A stretch of DNA of 64,000 bases from the NCBI GenBank assembly GCA_964359655.1, contig CAYHVI010000002.1, forward strand, positions 176 through 64,175, read 5' to 3'. Numbering within the stretch: position 1 is the first letter of the stretch; every line of letters starts with the position of its first letter. This document shows, one piece after another, positions 1-7,868 of the stretch. A program made the position numbers and the translations under genes. The notes below the pieces were generated by a model. The model saw only the letters and a list, made by a program, of their open reading frames with translations. It did no database searches and was not told the DNA's origin. Source of the stretch: an uncultured Candidatus Saccharibacteria bacterium (GTDB taxonomy: Bacteria > Patescibacteriota > Minisyncoccia > Minisyncoccales > UBA10102).

Positions 1-989
1 TCAAATTGTTCTGCTTGCTGCTTCATACGCTCTAACTGTTCTCTGGTTAGCTCGGTTTCAAACATCTTATCGAGTTGCGGATTGATTTTAAGCACGAGCG
101 TATGTCGCAAATAGCGCACAAGATTTTTGGTAAATTCCTGGGGGTCCATGCCCTGCTCTAAATTCTTGTTGAGAAAATCAATCGCCTCGCCTGCTTTTTT
201 GTCTGCCAAAAGCTGGACAAACTCGCCCACGAGATTAATATCCACGATGCCAAGCAAATCCTTTACTGTGTCGGCTGCAATTTCCTCTTTTATATCAAGA
301 AGAGAGTGAAAAGTCAAAACTTTGTCAAGTAAGCCCAAAGCGTCGCGCAGAGCACCGCTAGAGTTTAAAGCAATAAGTTGGAGCGCTTCCTTGTCGATTT
401 TCGCGTCTTCTGCTTTTGCGATTTCTTTGAGCTTGCCCATAATTTCAGGCACTGTGAGTTTGCGAAAATCAAAGCGCTGGCATCTCGATGCTATGGTGGA
501 AATCATTTTGTGGGCTTCAGTAGTAGCCAGCACAAATAGGACGTGCGAGGGCGGCTCCTCCAATGTTTTGAGCAAGGCGTTTGCAGCCTCTTTGGTGAGT
601 TGATGCGCCTCGTCAATGATAAATACTTTATATTTGAGTTTCGTGGGCGAGAATGCAATGCCCTCGCGCAATTCGCGCATCTCGTCGATTCCCCTATTGG
701 AGGCAGCGTCAATCTCAATTAAATCAATAGCGCGGCCGTGGTTTATTTCCTCGCACGCGTCGCATTTGTTGCATGGGTCGCCTTCTTTGGTGGATTTGCA
801 GTTTACTGCTTTGGCTAGGAGTCGGGCAAGGCTGGTTTTCCCTGACCCGCGTGGGCCCGCAAACAAATAGGCATGCGAAAGTAAATCCCCTGCCACTGCA
901 TTTTTGAGCGTTTGCACGACATGTTCTTGGCCCGTAACTTCGCTGAAAGACTTGGGACGATATTTTCGATAAAGCACCATGTTTGCCAT
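1..989 (-). CDS. dnaX: DNA polymerase III subunit gamma/tau, N-terminal part; the gene runs off the left edge
   Basis: Own minus-strand translation from ATG at 989: MANMVLYRKYRPKSFSEVTGQEHVVQTLKNAVAGDLLSHAYLFAGPRGSGKTSLARLLAKAVNC...CNKCDACEEI. Walker A is GPRGSGKT and a Cys zinc module is present. No stop occurs before position 1, so it is missing from the ORF track. Confidence 0.9.
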   Translation of the reverse strand, partial: MANMVLYRKYRPKSFSEVTGQEHVVQTLKNAVAGDLLSHAYLFAGPRGSGKTSLARLLAKAVNCKSTKEGDPCNKCDACEEINHGRAIDLIEIDAASNRGIDEMRELREGIAFSPTKLKYKVFIIDEAHQLTKEAANALLKTLEEPPSHVLFVLATTEAHKMISTIASRCQRFDFRKLTVPEIMGKLKEIAKAEDAKIDKEALQLIALNSSGALRDALGLLDKVLTFHSLLDIKEEIAADTVKDLLGIVDINLVGEFVQLLADKKAGEAIDFLNKNLEQGMDPQEFTKNLVRYLRHTLVLKINPQLDKMFETELTREQLERMKQQAEQF

Positions 990-992
990 ATT

Positions 993-1397
993 TTATTTTT
1001 GAAATACAAGGAATTTATATCCTGTGAAGTTCCATGTCATTACCACAAGTGTTCCGCCAATTGCTCCTATATTTGCCCAGACTTGTTGCGACAATCCAAA
1101 CTGCGGCCCCACCACATTTACGAGCAGTGAAGCCGTGCCCACGTTTAAGAACAAACCAACGGTAGCAATCGTAAGGAACTGGAAAAATACTTTTTTGTTT
1201 GAATGAAAAGTCCAATGCTTATTCCAAAAGTAGCTATTTCCCACCGCAACCAAAAAAGAGATTCCTTTGAATACCGTAAACGGCAAACCCGAGGCAATCG
1301 CAGTCAAAAAAATAAGGAGGTTGAGCACTGCCAAATCGCAGAGCGTGTTAGAGATTCCGACTATTACAAATTTAATAATCTGCCTCAAAACCTGCAT
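993..1397 (-). CDS. GtrA-family small membrane protein
   Basis: 134 aa with 4 predicted TM segments. Pattern FVIVGISNTLCDLAVLNLL ... NFTGYKFLVF is typical of GtrA-like proteins. Confidence 0.7.
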   Translation of the reverse strand: MQVLRQIIKFVIVGISNTLCDLAVLNLLIFLTAIASGLPFTVFKGISFLVAVGNSYFWNKHWTFHSNKKVFFQFLTIATVGLFLNVGTASLLVNVVGPQFGLSQQVWANIGAIGGTLVVMTWNFTGYKFLVFQK

Positions 1398-1436
1398 AGA
1401 CTCTATGGTAACATATGTGCTAAGATAAGGCTATCT

Positions 1437-2852
1437 ATGCTGAAGATTTACAGCACGCTTTCCCGAAAGAAAGAGATACTGAAGTCCAGAAAGAGTAAGA
1501 AAATAAACCTTTTTGTATGCGGGGTGACTACCTACGATTTCTCGCATTTGGGTCATGCGAGGACCTATATTGTTTTTGATATGATTGCAAAGTATCTGCG
1601 CCAGAGGAGGTACGATGTTTTCTATTTGCAGAATGTAACTGATGTAGATGACAAAATCATCAAGCGAGCGCGAGAGCAAGGTGAGGATTCAGGAAAGTTG
1701 GCTCGGAGGTTCGAAAAAGAGTATCTGGCAGATATGAAAACACTTGGCGTAAACGCTGTGAGCAAATATGCGAGAGCTACAGATTATATCCCAGAGATCA
1801 TGAACCAAGTGCAGCATTTGCTGGGAAAAGGATATGCTTATGAAATTGAGGGCGACGGGATTTATTTTGACATTTCCAAATTCAAAGAGTATGGGAAACT
1901 TTCTGGGCGTACCAAAGAGCAAGCGCAAGACGCCGTGTCGCGCATTGATGAATCAGTGAATAAGCGCAATAAGGGCGATTTTGCTTTATGGAAACTATCA
2001 AAACCCGGAGAGCCGAAATGGAAAAGCTCGTGGGGTTGGGGCAGGCCCGGATGGCACATTGAGGATACCGCCATTACCGAAAAGTTTTTCGGGCCGCAAT
2101 ACGATATTCACGGCGGCGCGCAGGATTTGATATTTCCTCATCACGAGGCAGAGGTTACGCAGATGGAATCGGTTTCGGGGAAGAAACCATTTGTGAAGTA
2201 TTGGATGCATACCGGGTTTTTGACAGTGAGGGGCGAGAAAATGTCAAAGTCTTTGGGAAATTTTGTAACCATTCGGGATTTTTTGAAAACGTATTCTCCC
2301 CGGCTTTTGCGATTTTTTGTCTTGAAAACTCATTGGCGATCCCCTATTGATTATTCGACGGAATTACTCGAACAATCACAGAGTGAACTTGGTCGTATCG
2401 ATGAGTTTGTTGACCGGCTTCAGGAAAAATCTCAAATCCACCCCTTCATCCGACGGGGTGCCCAGTCGCATGACTGGACAAATTCAAAATTAGCTCTCGA
2501 GAAAGCGATGGACGATGATTTTAACACGCCATTGGCAATTTCCGTGTTATTTGATCTGATCCGCAAAGGAAACACGATGGCAAACGAAGGGAGAATGACA
2601 AAGACAAGCGTAAAAGAAATTCTCGATTTTTTGAACGAAGTAGATGAATTCTTCGGTTTTATTTTTTGGGGCCGCGAAAAACAGCAGATTCCGGAAGATA
2701 TTAAAAAACTCGCAGACCAGCGCGAGCAGTTCAGAAAGAGTGAAAACTGGGAAAAAGCCGATGAGCTGCGCAAGGAACTTCAACGGAAGGGTTGGGCTAT
2801 TGAAGATATTCCCTCTGGCTGGAAATTGAAAAAGCTGGTATACCAAAGGTAA
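1437..2852 (+). CDS. cysS: Cysteinyl-tRNA synthetase
   Basis: HIGH-type motif (FSHLGHARTY) and KMSKS are present. Start moved to the internal ATG (MLKIYSTLSRKKE) because the track ORF N-terminus overlaps the GtrA gene antisense. Confidence 0.93.
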   Translation: MLKIYSTLSRKKEILKSRKSKKINLFVCGVTTYDFSHLGHARTYIVFDMIAKYLRQRRYDVFYLQNVTDVDDKIIKRAREQGEDSGKLARRFEKEYLADMKTLGVNAVSKYARATDYIPEIMNQVQHLLGKGYAYEIEGDGIYFDISKFKEYGKLSGRTKEQAQDAVSRIDESVNKRNKGDFALWKLSKPGEPKWKSSWGWGRPGWHIEDTAITEKFFGPQYDIHGGAQDLIFPHHEAEVTQMESVSGKKPFVKYWMHTGFLTVRGEKMSKSLGNFVTIRDFLKTYSPRLLRFFVLKTHWRSPIDYSTELLEQSQSELGRIDEFVDRLQEKSQIHPFIRRGAQSHDWTNSKLALEKAMDDDFNTPLAISVLFDLIRKGNTMANEGRMTKTSVKEILDFLNEVDEFFGFIFWGREKQQIPEDIKKLADQREQFRKSENWEKADELRKELQRKGWAIEDIPSGWKLKKLVYQR

Positions 2853-2854
2853 CT

Positions 2855-4255
2855 ATGTCAGAAACGAGAGATAAAAAATTTGATAAATTGCCGCCGCAGA
2901 GCATAGAGGCTGAAATGTCGCTTTTGGGAAGTTTAATGTTGGATAAGGAGGCCATTGTGAAAGTGGCAGATTTAATCGAGCCCCGGGATTTTTACAAGGG
3001 AATTCATCAAATTATTTTTGAGGCAATGCTTGACTTGTTTCAAAGAAATGAGCCAGTTGATTTGCTTTCGGTTTCGAGCCGCTTGAAAGACAAGGGAAAA
3101 ATTGAAGAAATCGGAGGCGGCAGCTACTTAACCGAGCTCATCAATACCGTGCCTACTGCCTCGCACGTATTAAGTTATGCCAAAACCGTGCAATCAAAGC
3201 GCATCTTGCGCGATTTAATTTCTACTTCCTACGAAATTGGCGAGATGGGGTATAACGAAACAGAAGATCCAAACGTACTGGTGGACCAGGCTGAACAAAA
3301 AATTTTCTCCATTGCCCAAAAGTCGCTCGCGCATAATTTCATACACATTAAAGAAGAACTCGAAGAGGCTTTTGAAAGGCTCGACCGCTTGTCGAAACAC
3401 GAAAAAGCCACGCGCGGCATTCCCACAGGCTTTGCGGATTTGGACAATTTGCTTTCTGGATTTCAGCGATCTGATTTAATCATTTTGGCAGCTCGACCTT
3501 CTCTGGGGAAATCTGCTTTGGCTTTGGATATTGCGCGCAGAGTAGCAGTGCAAGAGCGAATTCCGGTTGGCATGTTTAGCTTGGAAATGTCAAAAGATCA
3601 GTTAATTGATCGCATGATTGCAGCTCAAGGCAGCGTGGATTCCTGGCGTTTGCGCACGGGAAAACTTTCTTCCCAAGGCGAGGACAATGATTTTGTCCGC
3701 ATTCAAGAAGCGCTCGGCGTATTATCGGAAGCTCCGCTCTATATCGACGATACTGCTTCCCAAACCGTGCTTCGCATGCGAGCTATGGCGCGGCGTTTGC
3801 AGGCAAATCACGGTTTAGGTCTTGTTATTATCGATTATCTGCAGCTGGTTTTGCCGCAGAACAGTCAAACAAGCATTGTGCAGCAAGTTACAGAAATTTC
3901 TCGGCAGCTCAAGGGTTTGGCGCGCGAGCTCAACGTGCCAGTGCTTGCGATTTCACAACTTTCGCGCGCGGTGGAGCAGCGCTTTCCTCCTCGGCCTCGT
4001 CTTTCTGATCTTCGCGAGTCTGGCTCGCTTGAACAAGATGCCGACGTGGTAATGTTTATTTACCGCGAAGACAAATACAAAAAGCAAGAGGCAGATCAGA
4101 ACACAGGGAATGTGGCAGAGATTATTGTGGCAAAACACAGGAATGGCCCGATTGGTTCTGTAAAGCTGTACTTTAACCCCAATATCGTGAGTTTTTCTGA
4201 TCTCGACAAAACCCGGCAATACGAGGAAGGCGCTGAGCTGGTGGTAGATTTTTGA
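2855..4255 (+). CDS. dnaB: Replicative DNA helicase
   Basis: 466 aa. DnaB N-terminal domain (PPQSIEAEMSLLGSLM), Walker A ARPSLGKSA, and a RecA-like C-terminal domain. Confidence 0.95.
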   Translation: MSETRDKKFDKLPPQSIEAEMSLLGSLMLDKEAIVKVADLIEPRDFYKGIHQIIFEAMLDLFQRNEPVDLLSVSSRLKDKGKIEEIGGGSYLTELINTVPTASHVLSYAKTVQSKRILRDLISTSYEIGEMGYNETEDPNVLVDQAEQKIFSIAQKSLAHNFIHIKEELEEAFERLDRLSKHEKATRGIPTGFADLDNLLSGFQRSDLIILAARPSLGKSALALDIARRVAVQERIPVGMFSLEMSKDQLIDRMIAAQGSVDSWRLRTGKLSSQGEDNDFVRIQEALGVLSEAPLYIDDTASQTVLRMRAMARRLQANHGLGLVIIDYLQLVLPQNSQTSIVQQVTEISRQLKGLARELNVPVLAISQLSRAVEQRFPPRPRLSDLRESGSLEQDADVVMFIYREDKYKKQEADQNTGNVAEIIVAKHRNGPIGSVKLYFNPNIVSFSDLDKTRQYEEGAELVVDF

Positions 4256-4260
4256 ATCAT

Positions 4261-4866
4261 ATGTACCCAAAGTCAATCCAAAAGCTGATTGAAATATTTT
4301 CCCATTTTCCTACAGTTGGCCCGCGGGTAGCTAGCCGTTTTGTTTTCTATCTTCTCAAAGCGCAAGATAGCGAGATTGACGATTTCATCAAAGCGCTTCA
4401 CAACCTAAGAAAAGAGATTCGTCCGTGCACGTTTTGTTTCAATCCTTTTGACGTCAGAGACGACGAACAACAAACAGGACTTTGCGCAATTTGTCGCGAT
4501 GCCACGCGAGATATGACTCTTTTGTGTATCGTGGAGAAAGAAAGTGATTTGGAGCAATTGGAGAAAACGAAGCATTATCGCGGCCGTTATTTTCTCTTAG
4601 GCAAGATCAATGATATTTTAAGGAAAGAAGGCTTGCAAAGCATTAAAGCGCAAGAGTTAAAAAGTCGAATGGCAAACGAGATCAAAGAGGTTATTCTTGC
4701 GTTGAATCCTACAACAGAAGGCGAAGCTGGCGTGCTGTATTTGGAGCGCTTGTTGAAACCTTACGGCAAGAAAGTCACCCGCCTCGGCCGCGGTCTTCCC
4801 GTAGGAGGCGAGCTCGAATACGCAGACGACGAAACCATACGAGGCGCCCTCGAGGGCAGACGATAA
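4261..4866 (+). CDS. recR: Recombination protein RecR
   Basis: MYPKSIQKLIEIFSHFPTVGPRVASRFVFYLL, a C4 zinc finger (CTFC...CAIC) and a Toprim region. Confidence 0.92.
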   Translation: MYPKSIQKLIEIFSHFPTVGPRVASRFVFYLLKAQDSEIDDFIKALHNLRKEIRPCTFCFNPFDVRDDEQQTGLCAICRDATRDMTLLCIVEKESDLEQLEKTKHYRGRYFLLGKINDILRKEGLQSIKAQELKSRMANEIKEVILALNPTTEGEAGVLYLERLLKPYGKKVTRLGRGLPVGGELEYADDETIRGALEGRR

Positions 4867-4890
4867 TATGTTTAAAGCCCGGCGTTAAAC

Positions 4891-5448
4891 ATGGAATTAT
4901 TTCTTACTTCCTTATTCTGGTTTTTGGTAGCTGCGGTATTTGCTGTAGTTGAAATTGAGGTTGAAGGAAAGCACGGCTGGGCAGAGAAAACTTCCACTTG
5001 GTTCAGAACAAAGGGATTAGCTGCAAAATTGTATGGATTGGCAATGGGCGTGCCATGGTCACCTGCGAGAGAACTCCTGGTGCTTGCAATGTATTTTGTT
5101 TGGATGCCGACATGGGATTTTCTATGGTTTGTGTTAAACCCTTATTACGGAGTAAAAAAATTTAAAAAACAAAATGTATGGTGGCATAACCGCAGCCATT
5201 GGTTATTCAATATTACACCGCTTGATTATCTTTTTGGTTGGGGTTTATCAGTAATGCTTTCTGGACTTGCTGCTTGGTTGGCGTCTGATGGAGTCTTGTT
5301 GATCAGGCACTCTTACTTTATGATATGGTTTCTTTTCTTTACTGTTGTAACGATTCTTCTAGTGGCTCCGTTATACAAGCGCTGGCACGCAAAAATGCGC
5401 CAGCGCGATGACCGCGATAGTTCTGGCATTTTCCACCAAGAAGGTTAG
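4891..5448 (+). CDS. Hypothetical integral membrane protein
   Basis: 185 aa with several hydrophobic helices and no recognisable motif. Confidence 0.5.
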   Translation: MELFLTSLFWFLVAAVFAVVEIEVEGKHGWAEKTSTWFRTKGLAAKLYGLAMGVPWSPARELLVLAMYFVWMPTWDFLWFVLNPYYGVKKFKKQNVWWHNRSHWLFNITPLDYLFGWGLSVMLSGLAAWLASDGVLLIRHSYFMIWFLFFTVVTILLVAPLYKRWHAKMRQRDDRDSSGIFHQEG

Positions 5449-5453
5449 ACCAA

Positions 5454-5479
5454 GAAAGCTACCCCTAGGGGTAGCTTTC
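5454..5479. terminator. Bidirectional hairpin terminator between convergent genes
   Basis: Perfect palindrome GAAAGCTACCCCTAGGGGTAGCTTTC between the 4891..5448 ORF (+) and rplU (-). Confidence 0.7.
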
Positions 5480-5481
5480 TC

Positions 5482-5799
5482 TTATGTTTCGATAGATGTA
5501 ATTTCTACTTCAGAGTAAGGCTGGCGGTGTCCTTTCTTTACTTGCTCACGCTTTTTCGCCTTATACTTGAATACCACCACTTTTTTGTTTTTTCCCTGCT
5601 TTAAGATTTTGCCTTTTACTTTAGCTCCCTGCACCAATGGCGTGCCAATTTCAATACTTTTATCGTTTTGAAGCAATAGTACCTCTGAAAATTCAACATC
5701 ACTCCCTTCTTCTTGGGCGAGTTTCTCTACTTTAATTTTCTTGCCGGGAGAAACCAAGTATTGCTTTCCCCCTGTTTTAATAATCGCTAATTCTGCCAT
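5482..5799 (-). CDS. rplU: Ribosomal protein L21
   Basis: MAELAIIKTGGKQYLVSPGKKIKVEKL is a typical L21 N-terminus. The internal ATG was chosen as start. Confidence 0.92.
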   Translation of the reverse strand: MAELAIIKTGGKQYLVSPGKKIKVEKLAQEEGSDVEFSEVLLLQNDKSIEIGTPLVQGAKVKGKILKQGKNKKVVVFKYKAKKREQVKKGHRQPYSEVEITSIET

Positions 5800-5833
5800 A
5801 TAAAGTGTAGTATAGGGCAATTTTTGCTCGGGG

Positions 5834-6868
5834 TCAAGACTCTTCTTGCTCTGGTTTTTGGAGTTGGAGAGTTTCTATTTCGCTGGGTTGACCCGTGATT
5901 TTAACAATATCTTTGTCTACTTTGCCGAGTTCTTTATACGCTGTGTTATAGGTATTCACGGTAGTGCCAAGATGGCTGCCGAGTTTTTTCATATAGCCTT
6001 CATAAGAAGCTAAATGCCGCTGAAGATCTTCCACGCGTCTGTGGATTTCTTTTGCAGATTCCTCAATTTGCATTGCCTTGAGTCCCTGGAGGACTGTTTG
6101 TAAATATGCGAGAAAAGAGGTGGGTGAAACAATAATCACTCGATATTTTCCTGCTGCTCTTTGTACAAGGTTTTCCGTATCTTCGCCAAGCGCTCCGATT
6201 TTGTTGATGAGAAGGTCGTAATAAATGGCTTCGTGTGGGATGAACATAAAAGCAAAATCGGTTGTCCCCTGTTCAGGTTGAATGTACTTTGAGGTTTCAA
6301 CAATACGGTTTTTCAGATCGTTCACAAAAGCTTTCTCCAAGCGGTTACGTTCCGTTTGATCTTGCGTTTCAGAGATACGATTATAATTTTCAAGAGAGAA
6401 TTTAGAGTCAATAGGTATGATTTTGTCTTTCACGAATACCACCGCATCCACAATAGTTCCGTCTGGAAATCCATACTGCATTTGGTAGGAGCCCGGCGGC
6501 ATTACGTTTTTGAGAAGCGTTTCCAAATAGTATTCTCCCAACACTCCCCGTTGCTTCGGATTTTTTAAAATGTCCTGGAGATTCTTGAGTTGGTCGGTAA
6601 TATTCATCACCTGCTTTTGTCCTTCGCTTACGCGCGTGAGCTCTTCAGTAATATTCTGAATAAGTTTTGCTGATTCTGAATACTGCTGCTGGAACATTTT
6701 TGCAGAGGTGCCGAGCTTTTCATCGAGCGTATTGCGTAAGTCCTGCAGCTGATTTTGAATCATCAAAATTTCCTGACTCCCACTCCTCTGTTTGGAGTTT
6801 TTAAACCATGTAAAGAAAATTACAATTCCTAAAATCGCAATAAAGATGAGGTATCCTAAGTCTTGCAT
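5834..6868 (-). CDS. rmuC: DNA recombination protein RmuC
   Basis: 344 aa with an N-terminal TM segment, a coiled coil, and an RmuC-type C-terminal region (TDFAFMFIPHEAIYYDLL). Confidence 0.85.
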   Translation of the reverse strand: MQDLGYLIFIAILGIVIFFTWFKNSKQRSGSQEILMIQNQLQDLRNTLDEKLGTSAKMFQQQYSESAKLIQNITEELTRVSEGQKQVMNITDQLKNLQDILKNPKQRGVLGEYYLETLLKNVMPPGSYQMQYGFPDGTIVDAVVFVKDKIIPIDSKFSLENYNRISETQDQTERNRLEKAFVNDLKNRIVETSKYIQPEQGTTDFAFMFIPHEAIYYDLLINKIGALGEDTENLVQRAAGKYRVIIVSPTSFLAYLQTVLQGLKAMQIEESAKEIHRRVEDLQRHLASYEGYMKKLGSHLGTTVNTYNTAYKELGKVDKDIVKITGQPSEIETLQLQKPEQEES

Positions 6869-6869
6869 G

Positions 6870-7856
6870 TTATTGATTCAATGAGTTTGTTCTCACAATA
6901 ATTTCTGCGAAGACAAACGCAATATAGAAGAATAAAAGAAACGCTGCTTCTTTGCGCGTAATTTTGTGTTCTGTGCGGAGAAATATGAGGAAAAAGAAGG
7001 CGGATCCGACAAGGAAAAAACGAGCCAAAGCAAAGGGCGAAAAGTTTTCTATGGATATGGGATGAATGAGAGCCACAATTCCAAGCACGAGTGTTGCCAT
7101 TACGATAACAGAACCCATTAAATCTCCCAAAATGACTCCGCTGTTTCTTTTTTTGGCGGCAGCAATCGTAAAGTAAATTTCTGGCAGAGCAGAGCCAAGT
7201 CCGAGTACGAGAATTCCGACGGTTACCACGGGAATCTCAAACTCTGCCACGAAGAACTGTATGGCGTACACCATTCCTTGCGCCGCTCCCAAAAGAAGCA
7301 TAATTGCCGCAAGTGTTTTGAAGATGCTCTGGACAAAGCGACGAAAGCGTGCCACTGGTTGGACTCCTTGTCGTGACGAGTCTGCATGATTGAACACAGA
7401 GGTGTATTCCTCGCGGTTGGAAAAAAGCCAGACGCTGTATAAGACAAATATGAGCAAAAGCACGAGAGCGTCTCCTCTTCCAAGTTCTTTATCTAAGATG
7501 AGGAGAAGGGGTAGGATTGCAATGAAAATCGTGAAGAGCAAAGACTTTTGGATAAGAGACCCTTCTGCTTTTAATTCTCTGGCAACGAACACGGCAATGG
7601 CTGCCACGAGCGTAAAGTCCACTACGCTGTTACCCACGATATCGCCAAAGGAAAGTTCGGGGATGCCGCTAAAGGCGGCAATAATACCAACAAAGAGGTT
7701 GGGGAAAGAAGCCACCACGGCCATTACAAAAAAGGTAACCACAAATTCTTTCCAACCCAAATACCGCGCAATGTGAGTGATGCTTCCTACGAGCCAGTTT
7801 ACCGACCAAAGTAAAAGAAGTCCGGAAAAGAGAAAAAGCAAAAAGTAAAATTGCAT
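6870..7856 (-). CDS. Na+/Ca2+ (CaCA family) exchanger-type membrane protein
   Basis: Two alpha-repeat signatures (GDIVGNSVVDFTLVAAIA and GDLMGSVIVMATLVLGIV) in a protein of about 10 TM segments. Confidence 0.8.
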   Translation of the reverse strand: MQFYFLLFLFSGLLLLWSVNWLVGSITHIARYLGWKEFVVTFFVMAVVASFPNLFVGIIAAFSGIPELSFGDIVGNSVVDFTLVAAIAVFVARELKAEGSLIQKSLLFTIFIAILPLLLILDKELGRGDALVLLLIFVLYSVWLFSNREEYTSVFNHADSSRQGVQPVARFRRFVQSIFKTLAAIMLLLGAAQGMVYAIQFFVAEFEIPVVTVGILVLGLGSALPEIYFTIAAAKKRNSGVILGDLMGSVIVMATLVLGIVALIHPISIENFSPFALARFFLVGSAFFFLIFLRTEHKITRKEAAFLLFFYIAFVFAEIIVRTNSLNQ

Positions 7857-7868
7857 AGGGATTATGAG

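Noticed and set aside
127-870. Three plus-strand ORFs (60-93 aa) at the left edge
   Set aside because: They are antisense to a continuous minus-strand frame that translates to a clear DnaX N-terminus. Their sequences are low-complexity.
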